In this document: in pieces, positions 33,156-44,530 of the stretch
How the letters are laid out: each line of letters begins with the position of its first letter
Numbering within the stretch: the first letter of the stretch is position 1
Assembly (NCBI RefSeq): GCF_000002075.1
Contig: NW_004797886.1
Coordinates: 379,493-433,233, forward strand
Source: Aplysia californica
Taxonomy: Eukaryota
Direction of reading: 5' to 3'
DNA length: 53,741 nucleotides
The notes under the pieces: model-generated
Seen by the model: the letters and a program-made list of their open reading frames with translations, nothing else
Databases searched by the model: none
Told to the model about the DNA's origin: nothing
Position numbers and translations under genes: made by a program

Positions 33156-35810
33156 ATGTAGATTGTGTCAAAAGATTCTAAAAAGCAGATGTTGTTACAT
33201 AACTTATTCTTTACCACAACTGAGAAGGAAATGTATACTTAATATTTCCACCATGCTATCTACATTTCAGTTTTTGTACAACCAGATCTCACAGGTAATA
33301 TGATACTACTAAGTGAAAGAGAGAAGACCTTGAAAAGTTGTAGATGTAAGTGGTAAAATAAACACATTGCTTCATATGTTGGTTTTTTTATTTTAATTTA
33401 TTTTTATTATAAAGGTTTCCTGCCAAAAGCTGGGTCGCTCTTTTGACCTTGAGAGAAAAAAACTGTTTCTCTGAAAAGGAATCGCTTATCAGATTCTTTT
33501 AGTCCGCCTATGTAGTTGTCTTTAAAAAATTAAAAATTTTGTTGGTGTTAGTTTGGTATTTGTTTCAATACAATGAGATGTATAAACAAAGCCATGTTGC
33601 AGATGTTTCTTTGTCATGAATGAGGTTCCTGTATTTTGCTGCAGCAGTGTTTCCATCTCTCTGTCAAAAATTGTTCACCCGTTTTTTCAGTTTCCCCTTA
33701 GGATGAGGATTGTTTAGACTGGCAAATTATCAAGCTGAAATCTTTGTCTGCCTTTCTGGAATTTTTTTGTTTGTTATTTCATCAGATCTGAATTTCTTTT
33801 GTTTGGGATAGATCTTTTGCCAGAGATTTTCACTTCAAATATTCAGCACCAGGTCTTTTTTCAGATTTTTTGTAAAAAGATTGTTTTAGTTTATATTCAG
33901 ATACTATTTTCTTCTCATTCAATTCTTCTCTTACTTGGTTCAAAATTGAACTATTCAGGAGCTTGATAATGATATTTTGATTTAGGAAATTAACAAAATT
34001 TCAGTGGGATTAAAGCCATTAGAAAATGTAAACTCTTGACCTAGAGACTTTTAATATTGGCTTTTGAGCTTGGGTTATTGTTGTATTTGCATTCCAAAAT
34101 GTTACAACAAAAAAGTCTTCATTTGTGATAGTGGCAGTCAGATCCTGTTCTTTATTTAAGGTCTGTTCTTGTTTGCTGTTCATTTGTCATTGTATTTGCT
34201 TCTTTAATTTGGACAAAGTTTGATTATCTTATGTCTCGTTAATGCTTTATTTTTATAGGTATACTGTAGGTGATTTGCTACTATTGACTATTTGACCACT
34301 TTGACCTGTTACTCATGAATTTTGACCACTACCGTCTTTTTCTGACATTTCAAGTTGTCTTTTCGTTGGTTTTAGTTTGTTTTGCTAGTTGGATGTCCTT
34401 TTTCTGAATTGCGCCACATTTCACTTTCTGTTTTAGGGATCAATGTATTGTGCAATATCTACTTCCATTTGCACACACTGTGTAGGAAAACTGAAGTCTT
34501 AGTTAGTATTGTTCAAAGTTATTTCACTGGTTTTGAGTGTGTATACTTTTCTTTCATCGAAGGAAGGGAATCAGTGTAGAGAACCAATGTATCCTACTGT
34601 TTTGTTTAATTTTAATTTTTGTTTTTGTGGCTTTGTTTGACTTAGAGAATGATAGGAAGAAGTGTTGCTGTAAACAAGGAATTATTTCATTCAGATGCCA
34701 ACTGTTGGACCTACTTCACACTAGTCTCATTTCTGTACACTCAAAAGGTTTGATTTTATTTTTAAAATCTGCTGTGGTGTGTTTCATGACCATTTAGTAT
34801 TGTGACTTGTAATATGAATTTTCATGGCTCATTTTGATGGTAGCATTCGTTTTCAAAAGTAATATGTAAGTTTTTTATGTTTTTATGTTTTCTCCAGTTG
34901 CTGAAAGTTTTTTTTTATACAATATTAAAAATAATTTCTTTGAACGTAAAGTGTGCCTCTTCAAACTTATAGGCAGAATGTATTCTAAATGTCAAAAGAA
35001 AATTAGTTTCACCTTCCGTCTTGCAACAGTGGAATAAGAACAGGGTCTTAGAATAATATACACGCCAAATGAAATGAACAGTATTAAGCGTGCTGAAACT
35101 TCGGTTTCATGAACTTGGGAAATTGTACAAGAGATGAAATCAATGTGGAGATAAGATTTTCCGTTTGCTTTAATTTCCTTACACATTTACTGAAGTGTTA
35201 TGGTCTTTTTGTTCCTTGAGTGTATAAGTGTCAACTGTAATGCATTTCATGTTAGAATTGAAATGATTCTTAATGTTGAAAAGGAGACTATTTAAAAATC
35301 ATGAAGGTACTGCTGATAATGTTCATTGTGAGGAAAAAGTCATGACACCAAATTCTCTCAATAGCCTCATGTTGTTTTGTTTATGTTGTATGAACCATTT
35401 TGTGTGGAGTAGCATTCCATGAGATGTGTTGAGTGTTTGTTCTCACTTGTGTTGCACCATCTACTCAACATGCATAGTCACTGCGCTGTACTGTCACGTC
35501 TTCATTCCTCATACAAGTTCATCTGATAACAACTGACTGAAATGTGGGTCTGTTTCATCAAAGTTTTGAGTATCGTTAAAGTTGATGTTGTCGTTCACTG
35601 TAATACATCAGGAGAGACCATGTAGTCTTTACGTATCGTCACTGTCGCAAACAATCCACTTAATTCCAAATTTTGAGAATTTTCGATTTTTACTACTTCC
35701 TTAACCTCTGTCAAAGATGCATCTTTCTACATCACCAAAATGCAATTTAATGCTATGGTCAAGCTTACAATTTTCTTGCTTTTCATGATTCCTTATAGAA
35801 ACAACACAAC

Positions 35811-35993
35811 GTGGGTGGTTGGCGGGTGCTCTAATGTGGTTTGCTTCTTCTTTCCTATCAAACATCTATCGTCCTTATCTCTCGTTCTTCTTTTTTATGT
35901 TTGTTACTCTCTTGTAATACCTCTATTCTTCTGGCGCTCAAATGACCTTATGCAGTTGTGAGCGCTGTAAAACCTCTACTAAAACTTTAAAAA
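35811..35993 (+). mobile_element. SINE-like family A copy with TSD
   Basis: Flanked by the 12-bp direct repeat AAACAACACAAC (35799-35810 / 35994-36005), a TPRT signature. Confidence 0.9.
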
Positions 35994-38900
35994 AAACAAC
36001 ACAACAAAAACTAGATTTTTATCTCTAGTGTAAAAAGTACCCAAATGGACTCAAGTGGATTGCTTGCGACACTGGCGATATTTTCTTGACATCTTACGAA
36101 CAAAAAAATATAAAGGAAAACGTCATTTAACAATGGTGTCTGCGGCAAAACGACAAATCCTAAAACAATGCACAAGATTCTCTTCTCTTCTCTTCACTTG
36201 GAATTCGAGAGCTATTTTTCAGACTTCCGCTGCGCTGTTGGGTAATACTGCTTCCTCAAGTACTAGACAACCGTAAAATTATGGTAAGCAGCAACATTTT
36301 GTAAAGAACCCCAGATCAAATAGTTTTTGTTAGACTCTGCCATTTGACATTTTGAAAAGTGACGTATGACGATGTCTTCCCCTGAGCAGTCGAGATGTAG
36401 CTTGTTTGTGCCAGACATTGTTGGTACATGTATTTGTTATATATTTTAATACCAGTCAAAGATGCTGCTTCGGCAGTTATCTGACACATTGCTTGTCTCA
36501 CCTTCAAGGTCTCACAATTTTTTACCAGACACATTTTTGTACAAGGAGAATACTAGTGTTGTTGACCATTGCCATTATTACATATCAACATTTGGTGTTC
36601 TTGCTTCTGTGTAGACTGATTTTATCTCAGGGGTATATTTCAATTTCAGGAAAGAATAACAGCTTCTACGTCTATATCTTTGTCATTAAAAAGACTGATT
36701 TTTGTTGCTGACTACCGTTTCATTTTTATGTAGCACCATAGTGAGTTTGGTAATGAGTGAATACAATAAGTCAACGTAGAACATAAGTAGCTGCAGCTTC
36801 TGTTTTAATGAAGGCTAGATAACTGCTTTGTTGTTTTAAGTTATGCACTTTTTAAATTTTTGTATAGAATACGATAAGCTATCCTGCATTTACTAGGGTT
36901 GTGAAGTCAAGTCGTAGGGATTAGGCTAACAGTTTTGCTCTTGAGTCTCTTGAGTCGTATCAATGGAATTCTTTTTTTAATTACGGTAGTCAATGGCTGT
37001 ACCAGTGATTTTTATGAAAATTCTGTAAAAGGAAGAAGATTTACAAATTCATTTGCTTGTTGAAAAGTCTCTAATCTCATGCAAATCTTTTCCTATCTGA
37101 TATTCTGAGTCATGACCTGATGGACGTTAGCCCATAGTAAAATGCGCCATTTTTTCCTGTAAATATCCTGTAAAAACACGGGGGTGTGAATGAATGTAAT
37201 GGCAAGCAATAGAATGGTCAACTTGTCAGGGGTTTGAAAATCAATATATGTAAACATCCATTATTAATTAATGTGATTTATAGATTGAAGGCTATCCCAT
37301 CCCCTCTCACTTTACATTGTGGAATTAGAGAGTGCTTGTAGATATATTGAGGAATTTAGGAACATTGGGGTATCTTCAATTATTTCCTGAAAGGTTTCAT
37401 TAATCATTGACTTTGCTACTGACTTAGGTTATATATAAAAGACAAGGTGACTTTGAACTAAGGAAGGAAAGCAAACTTACTTTGTCTTTTCTTTTATTTG
37501 TGAGTTATGGAGGAAGAATGGGTGGGGCAGAGAGTGTGAAAGTGAGGGTAACTTTTTAGAAAAGACATTTTGACACAAGTCTGGATTTTTATTTATTTCC
37601 TTGGGTCTTTTTGCCAAGTCATGTTGACTGCATTGTTACTTCAAGCGTACAATGTGGACTCCCCGAGTTTTGATCCCTGCTTGTGTTTTTTCTAAACTTT
37701 CGTTGCTTGGAGCGTTTTTAGGTTCCCCTTTTTTATGTTGTTGATAACGAATTATTAATTTTGGGCTAAAACGGATGATAATGATAATTCTTTGACTGAT
37801 AGCCCCCCCCATCCATCCCCCTCCTCTTGACTCACCTGCTTTGTAGCACAGCTGGCACTGAACTCAACTCAAATAATCATATTCTTGTTGTCAAACACTT
37901 AAATTACCATGCTGGTCTTTTCATGGAGTATTGTTGATTCTTTTAAACGTGTACATGAATGTCTGTGATACTTTACTAATGAAAATGTTCTCTTAAATCT
38001 GTTTAAATGGCAGTGTCGATGTGCAACTTTCATTCTTGAATTTGAGTTCACACGAGGAGGGTTATCCTTATTATGTCGCCAGGGTACAAGGAAGGCAATG
38101 GGGTTTTTTGGGGTTATTTTTAGTATAAAATCGTTTTGATATGTGACGTAATTGATATTTTTATAATATATTTTTTCAGTGAAAACCTTTGTTAAAAAAA
38201 ACCTACAAAGTACCACTGTGCCAAAGGCTGGCAGCCTATTGAATGAGGCATAGGATGTGCAAGCTTTATTGGTTTATTACAGGGGAAATGTTTGGAAGTT
38301 TTATTTCAGCCCTTCTGTGTACCGTATAAGGGAAATGTATTACTCCTTAGTGCTAATGAAATGGGGAGAGAACATTGTACGTGAATGGTTCCAAAATGAA
38401 ATGTTTAAAAAAAAAAAAAGCACCTTGCATTTTGTCAGCATAGGCCAGTAAGATTGTATTCTCATTTGCATTATGGTTTTGGTTTGTAACTTGTTATGCA
38501 TTTGTACAAGACAATTTTGGAGTACGTTTGTGGAAGGGTCAAGTGAAGAACAGGCACAGTCACATTGATCCTACCATGACATACGGTAACCCGTTTTACT
38601 TCTTTTTTTTTTGATGAACTCAGCTTATTTTTAACTGGGTTATAGGTATGAAATACAGTTGGGGAATGAAGTTGGTTTTTTCTCAGGATTGATTTCGTAA
38701 GGATACTGTTGTAAGTTGGGGGTGAGTACCCTAATTTTTTCATGGACGTATCCTGCATTTTACTTGACCCCCCTTCATTTGTATTGCCATTGCCTTGTCC
38801 TGACAGTTTGGAACGTGGAAAAATGAGGTCATGATTGTACCATGAAGCTCTTCGACATCTAGTAGGTGGTTTGGCTTTTGTATCGTATCTTTTAAGAGTG

Positions 38901-39118
38901 ATTCTCAACTACAAATGATGTCTTTTTTATGCAGTATAAGCTAGTTTGATGTTGTTTTGTCTGAAAGCTAGTACTCGAAAATGTTCTTGCAGTTCTTCAT
39001 ATCCTTATTTGTTGGTTTCTTTTTTGTTGACTCATGGAAGTAGTAAAAGCCCTCTGTGCTAGTCTGAAGAAAGGAATGTTGGACATATTTGTTTGTCCTA
39101 TTGCATATCAACAGTGTA

Positions 39119-39124
39119 AATAAA
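39119..39124 (+). terminator. Distal polyadenylation signal candidate for FAM13
   Basis: AATAAA at the end of a long T/TG-rich stretch, with T-rich sequence downstream. Confidence 0.35.
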
Positions 39125-39348
39125 GCAATGCAATGGTTTCGATTATCTTACTTTTGATGAAAAGAATACGCATCTATCTTGAACAGGAGTCAAGATATTT
39201 GTGATTGAAGGATGCCAGGGTCGCCTTTTTTCAGAGGTAAAAATAAGCGAGTAAATGACCGTCATCATTTAATGATTTCCGTACCTTGCAAACTGAAAAT
39301 TTACATTTTTTGTCCCTCTAATCAACATTTTTCAGTAAAATCCACGTA

Positions 39349-39382
39349 TAGCGCCGTAAAACCCTCTACTATAAAAAAAAAA
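39349..39382 (+). mobile_element. Family A/B extreme 3' fragment
   Basis: AGCGCCGTAAAACCCTCTACTAT-polyA. Confidence 0.6.
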
Positions 39383-40755
39383 TCGACATAGAGATGTTTT
39401 TAAATGGACATTAAAGGTATTGTATAATTGAGCCAAAATTCTAATAAAATTTCCAAACCGGCGGAAAAGTACTAATTTTTTTTTTTTCAATTTCATTATT
39501 TTGAAGAGCGCCTAATTTCACTACTATGACTATGATGCATCTCGTACGGAAGTAAAAAAAAAAAAGAAGGCATTTTTATCTAAAAGGCCCATTATGAAAT
39601 GATGACTCTTGCTTCATGTAAACATGTAGTTGTGATCAGACAACAAATGATTTCAGAAACTAGTATTTTCTCCATTTTAAATCTTACAAAAGCTTTAATA
39701 TCATTTAGTTATTGATGGGATATAAAGTTCTAATGTAGAAGTGAAATGTTGAACATTGTTCTTGTTAATTGGTAGTATAAATGAGCATAACTCAAGCAGT
39801 AAGAGCAGGAAGATTGGAACTTGATTTCATTTTCACAACAATGAAGTCCCTCGGGGAAAAAACCCCCCTGAAGTCCATTGCTGGTACTTGTGCTGGTGAC
39901 ACGAGTATGAATTCTAAAGGACTTAAGGTTCTGATAGAGGTGATAAAACGCTGTTGTAAGTTTTGTCTGTGGCTTTGCTGAGAGATTTTATCGGGCTAAA
40001 TTTCCTTCTTTTCTTCTGGTTTGTCTCAACTGTTCCCCTGTTATGTCTGTCTGCACATACACTCACGTGCACATTCCACAAATCTTGTTGTATTGTCAGT
40101 GTCAGTCTCAGACTACGTATCGTCTGCCAGATGTTCAGATGTACTTTGCCCCCAATTTAAATTTAAAAAGAAAAAATTATCACAGTTTATTAATCTGTAG
40201 TATCAGTTACATGTACTCCAGAAACATTTTGTCAAAATTCAAAATCTAAATTTTGAAAAAGGCAAAAAAAGTTACTGAGAGCAGGTACAATTTTTTAAAA
40301 GATCGAAACAGTTTTTTTCTCCGCCCTGAAAAATTTTGATTTCTCGACTTACAGCATAATTTGAGCAGCTTGCTTACGGTCTCTAAATTTTTTCAATGTA
40401 GGAATGTGGTGTTGGATTCACTTTGAGAATATCCGTGTACATATATATATATATATGACCCATATTGTTCCCTAGTCACAGGGGCTTGTGTTGACTCACA
40501 TGTTAAATCACATTCAAGTCTGCCATCTTTGCTCCTCATGTTGACCCAAACCCTATACTACTACTACTAGAAACCTTGAGGGCTAGTACTATGTCATTGT
40601 TGTAACATCTCCGTGGATATTGAACGGTTTGTGCCCTTTTCTAGAGCGACATTGGAAAAGATGTTTGTAATTGGGTGTGGCAGTGAAGATGTGGGTACAT
40701 ATTGCGAGCTAATGCAATGATGGGATGTTTTTGAAAAACAGATGATCTGTTAGTT

Positions 40756-40931
40756 GTTTTTCAGTTTTAGGATGAGTTTTACGGCACTTGCAACACAATG
40801 AGGTCATATAAGTGCCGAAGATTAGAGGTGCTATAAGAGAGTAACAAAAACGGACAGGAGATAAGTAAGAAAATGGATATTTGATAGGAAAGAAGAAGCA
40901 AACCACACGAGAGCAGCTGCCAACCACCCAC
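40756..40931 (-). mobile_element. SINE-like family A copy
   Basis: Full-length reverse-complement match. Confidence 0.85.
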
Positions 40932-42819
40932 TCTGTCAGTTGTGACTGTCAAAACTTAAGGTGAAATCAAGAGCAAAATCCCTTTTGATTTGTAGTGATT
41001 GAAACAAAATTGTGTGTTGTATTCATCTTTAGTATGCTGACTGACTTTGTGCAAACATTTTGTACAATTAATTTGATTTCTCCAGGGACGGAGTGAGCCC
41101 TGATTTCTTCAGAATTCCATTTGTGTTAGAGAAATGTTACGAAGTATTGGTTTTATGTCATGTTGATGCTACATGTGGTGGTGAAATGTTTGTGGTACCC
41201 GGCTCCCTCCAGCTGGGTTCCTCACTGTCGTTTGTTGTCCACTGAGAGCAATCACTTCACTGTCGGACCTCACGCTGCCGGGCAATAGAGAAAGATGGGC
41301 TGAATTGTCGTCATGTATTATATTGACTGAATTAACTCATGATACAATGTATGTTACCTGTCACCATTGACACTATGTTAAATAAATTATTAATGCTTAC
41401 CAAACTGATGTTGAGTTGGTAGAATTTTTCTGATACTTTATTATAACAGACTGTTTGTTGGGATTAGTGAGTGCAAGCATTATTACAATTATATTGATGA
41501 AGAGTAGTATAAAAAGAAGTGAAAACGTGGATGAAGTTCAGACTTTATAGTATGGTAAATGAAAAAAGAAATTTTTTTTCAGAACTTAATCAGGAAAAAA
41601 AGCATGTATTTTTTATAATTGCGAAAATATGTCCAAAACATCCACCTGTCTAAGACATCCACTTCTATCCTTGACAAGAGGTGGTAGTCTTCAACAAACC
41701 TGGCTGTACTTATGTCTTCTTGAAAATATAGCTAGCTACTTCCCAAGATGCCTGTGCAAGTTGAGGCTATTGTCGGACTATGACCATACGGCCGCTGAAA
41801 GAGCATTATGCTTTACACTTGTGGGAGAGAATGTTCTGGACAGACCACTTTGGATCAAATTCCTGACCAGGCATGTTTGAATCCTGTCCTTTTGATGGTA
41901 AACATTGTGTGGAGGTTCAGCTCATCAGATAACCCTCCTTCCTTGTGTTGAAATGGTAAAGACGTGGAAATTCAAACCCAGTGAAGTCAGTTTAAAGTAA
42001 GAAAAGATTTTATAACCTAATTAGCAGTTCGTCGTTTTGAGAGTTCTGTTTGTCACTTCTATTTTTTTTTCAATTCTATTCTCCTGATTAGTTGACCACA
42101 AAATGTGGCTGTTGGGGTAATACTTGATATTATGACGCCCTTTGCCACAGCCAGAAGACTGTTCACCACGGCTGCCTCCTTGTGTCTTCGTGTTTGGCAA
42201 GATGAAACCAAAAGAGCCACCCCAAACTGCTTCATGTTAGTAACATTGTTACTAAAAAGGCAAAAAAAAAGTGGTTTAGATTCAGGTTGAAAAGAGCCTG
42301 TTTATTTGATTTATATAGTCTTTAAATTTAAACCTCTGGAGGAAGAAAGTGACGGACATGTGGCTAAATACGACAGGACATACGCATCCAGGGCATTATT
42401 ACACACACACAGACACTTCAGACACCCAGGTGGGGAAATATGACAGGCTCAGATGACTCAGAACACTTATTGAATTGATAGGGTAGGGTCTGAAAAAGTT
42501 TACATCTGACTAATTTTAGGCTAGTCCACTTTTATTTTTAATAAGCTTAGTTTAGAGCTAAGCTTTTAAATCAAACCTTTCACTCTTGGCTTGCCTCACA
42601 CAGCATGGGTTTGAATGTCCCCCCATTTGTTAATTCTGCGCCAGATTTGAGAAGTCCAATGCAGTCACTCTCCTGCCTGGGTGACCAGATGGGGTATTTT
42701 GGACTGCTGGCTGTGTGACTGTAAAGTGTTAATAAGAGCGTACAGCTTCTTGCTGTGATTTAATAAGCAAATCAAACAGTCTTATTTTTATTGAATTGTA
42801 GGGTATAGGCCTAAGTATA

Positions 42820-43044
42820 AGTTTAATGTCTCTTTCAACACTGATGTTTACGAGTCAGGACCTCCGAATTTTGAACGTCCATCTCTGATAGAATAAAATA
42901 GCCTGACACAACTGACAGGTGGACAGCCTTAAAAACTCCATAAGGCAACTCAAGTTCCTTGTTCAGAACGCCCCTTATTTCCATTGTGAACTCAAACTAG
43001 GCTATACACTGTTTGCCAGCATGATACCAACTGAGCTAATGGTG
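42820..43044 (-). mobile_element. tRNA-derived SINE (family C)
   Basis: Reverse complement has TTAGCTCAGTTGGTA, GTTTGAGTTC and a GAACTTGAGTT body motif. Confidence 0.7.
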
Positions 43045-43051
43045 TTTTGGG

Positions 43052-43366
43052 TTGTTTTTGTTTTGTTTTAGTAAGGTTTTACGGCACTCCTGCATAAGGT
43101 CATATGAGCGCCAATGGGTGGATGTCAACAGACAAGTCCAAACAGGAAATCAGGCTTTCTCTGTTCACCTCTCTAGCCTCAACAGCACAAAGTTGCTTCG
43201 ACTATCAAAGCACCCCGGAAATAGCAGCTCACAAGAGAGTGACAAACATACAAAAGAAGTAGAGGAAAATTGATGACCGTAAGGATGAAGAAATAAAAAG
43301 CAGCAGTTCCGCCTATGTTGTTTCGGCACAGAATGAGCATGGCATTGATAAGTCAGCCCATTTACA
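43052..43366 (-). mobile_element. SINE-like family B copy (5'-truncated)
   Basis: Aligns with 28970-29290. Confidence 0.85.
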
Positions 43367-43619
43367 GGGCTCTCTTGGAGAACTCTGCCGTAAGCTGACA
43401 AAACGCCTTTTTCTATTCAATGCAATTTTGAGAAAAAGTTTTTTTTGCCAGCGTAACCATTTAAAAATAGAGTCATTCCGAAATTTTAATTCTAATCTTT
43501 TTAAAAAACTAGTCACAGTTTCAACTTGATTTTTTAAAGACTAGTAGTAGTAGGGTAACTGATCAGGCTTTCAATTTAGCAAATAAAACATTTTGGTGCC
43601 AAAATGAAAAAAGACGTTT

Positions 43620-44530
43620 AGTCAGCAGTTAGTTTGGGAGGTCGAAGATGGAGTTGATGACCTCTTCCACTTCAGCACCACCTGGCTAAGAGCATGTCTC
43701 TTCATCAATACCACATACAGACATGGCATGTTGGATGAGGTCCTTTTGTGGGGGTATATATACATCTCCTGATATCCCACGGGGACATAGTCTTCTGTTT
43801 CCAAGAGCTTGGGTGGCTCTTCGTCAACCATGGTCATGGAGCTTCAACTTGATCCTCCTCACAGACAATTATGCCCATTGATTCACCCAGGAAACGCTCA
43901 GCGAAAAATGGGGAGGAAACGGTGACCTATGGGGTGTAACTCCTCTCTAGTTGTCTCTGATGGCCTGTAGTCCCCTTGGCTCAGGATGAGCTTTGTTTAG
44001 CGGATGGATGCTGGTGCTCCGAAAGGTTGATGTGATGTTTTATAGTAAATGCTGCCTCCCAGGCATGTCAAAACAGGTGTCCAACTGTCCTTGGTTATGT
44101 TTCTGCTGGGGCCCTCGGACATGTACTCCTTACAGCGCAGGATGTATGCCGAATTTTTTTTTTTTTACGTTATTGTTTTACGGCACTTGTAACACAATAA
44201 GGTCATATAAAAATGCCGAAGACTAGACTGTTACAAGAGAGTAACAAACACAAAAAAGAAGGAGGGGAGATAAAGAAGATAGATGTTTGATAGGAGAGAA
44301 GAAGCACACCACACCAGTCAAGCATCCGCCAACCACCCACTTATGCTGATTTGAACGGGAAAAAGACACATTAGTCTAAAAGCTGCAGCTTGGCCTTGGT
44401 ACATGCACTTGGGGGAAAGGCCATGATGTGGATCCCTTCGTACTTGGCCTTCTGGGGGAGTGTCACCACCTCATGGCTACGCTACTGAGGGAGTTCACCA
44501 CGAATAGCTGAGGCCTCTCAGGGCCACAGC
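43620..44530 (-). pseudogene. Degenerate pogo/Fot1-type (DDE_1) transposase remnant interrupted by a SINE
   Basis: Minus-strand peptides CGPERPQLFVV, GIHIMAFPP and KLQLLD*CVFFPFKSAY match the DDE_1 consensus LPPHTTHxLQPLDxxVFxPFK; contains stops and frameshifts. Confidence 0.78.
44153..44340 (-). mobile_element. SINE-like family A copy nested in a transposase remnant
   Basis: Full-length, with poly-A tail and imperfect TSD TATGCCGA (44145-52) / TATGCTGA (44342-49). Confidence 0.88.

Noticed and set aside
38471-38908. 145-aa minus-strand ORF
   Set aside because: No recognisable domain, K/T/N-rich as expected antisense to T-rich DNA, no splice context.
41860-41990. CTGATGA motif as a hammerhead ribozyme core (also checked 5274, 5619, 20381, 22713)
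   Set aside because: No properly spaced stem II-GAAA-stem III arrangement seen; 41860-41990 looks more like a decayed SINE.
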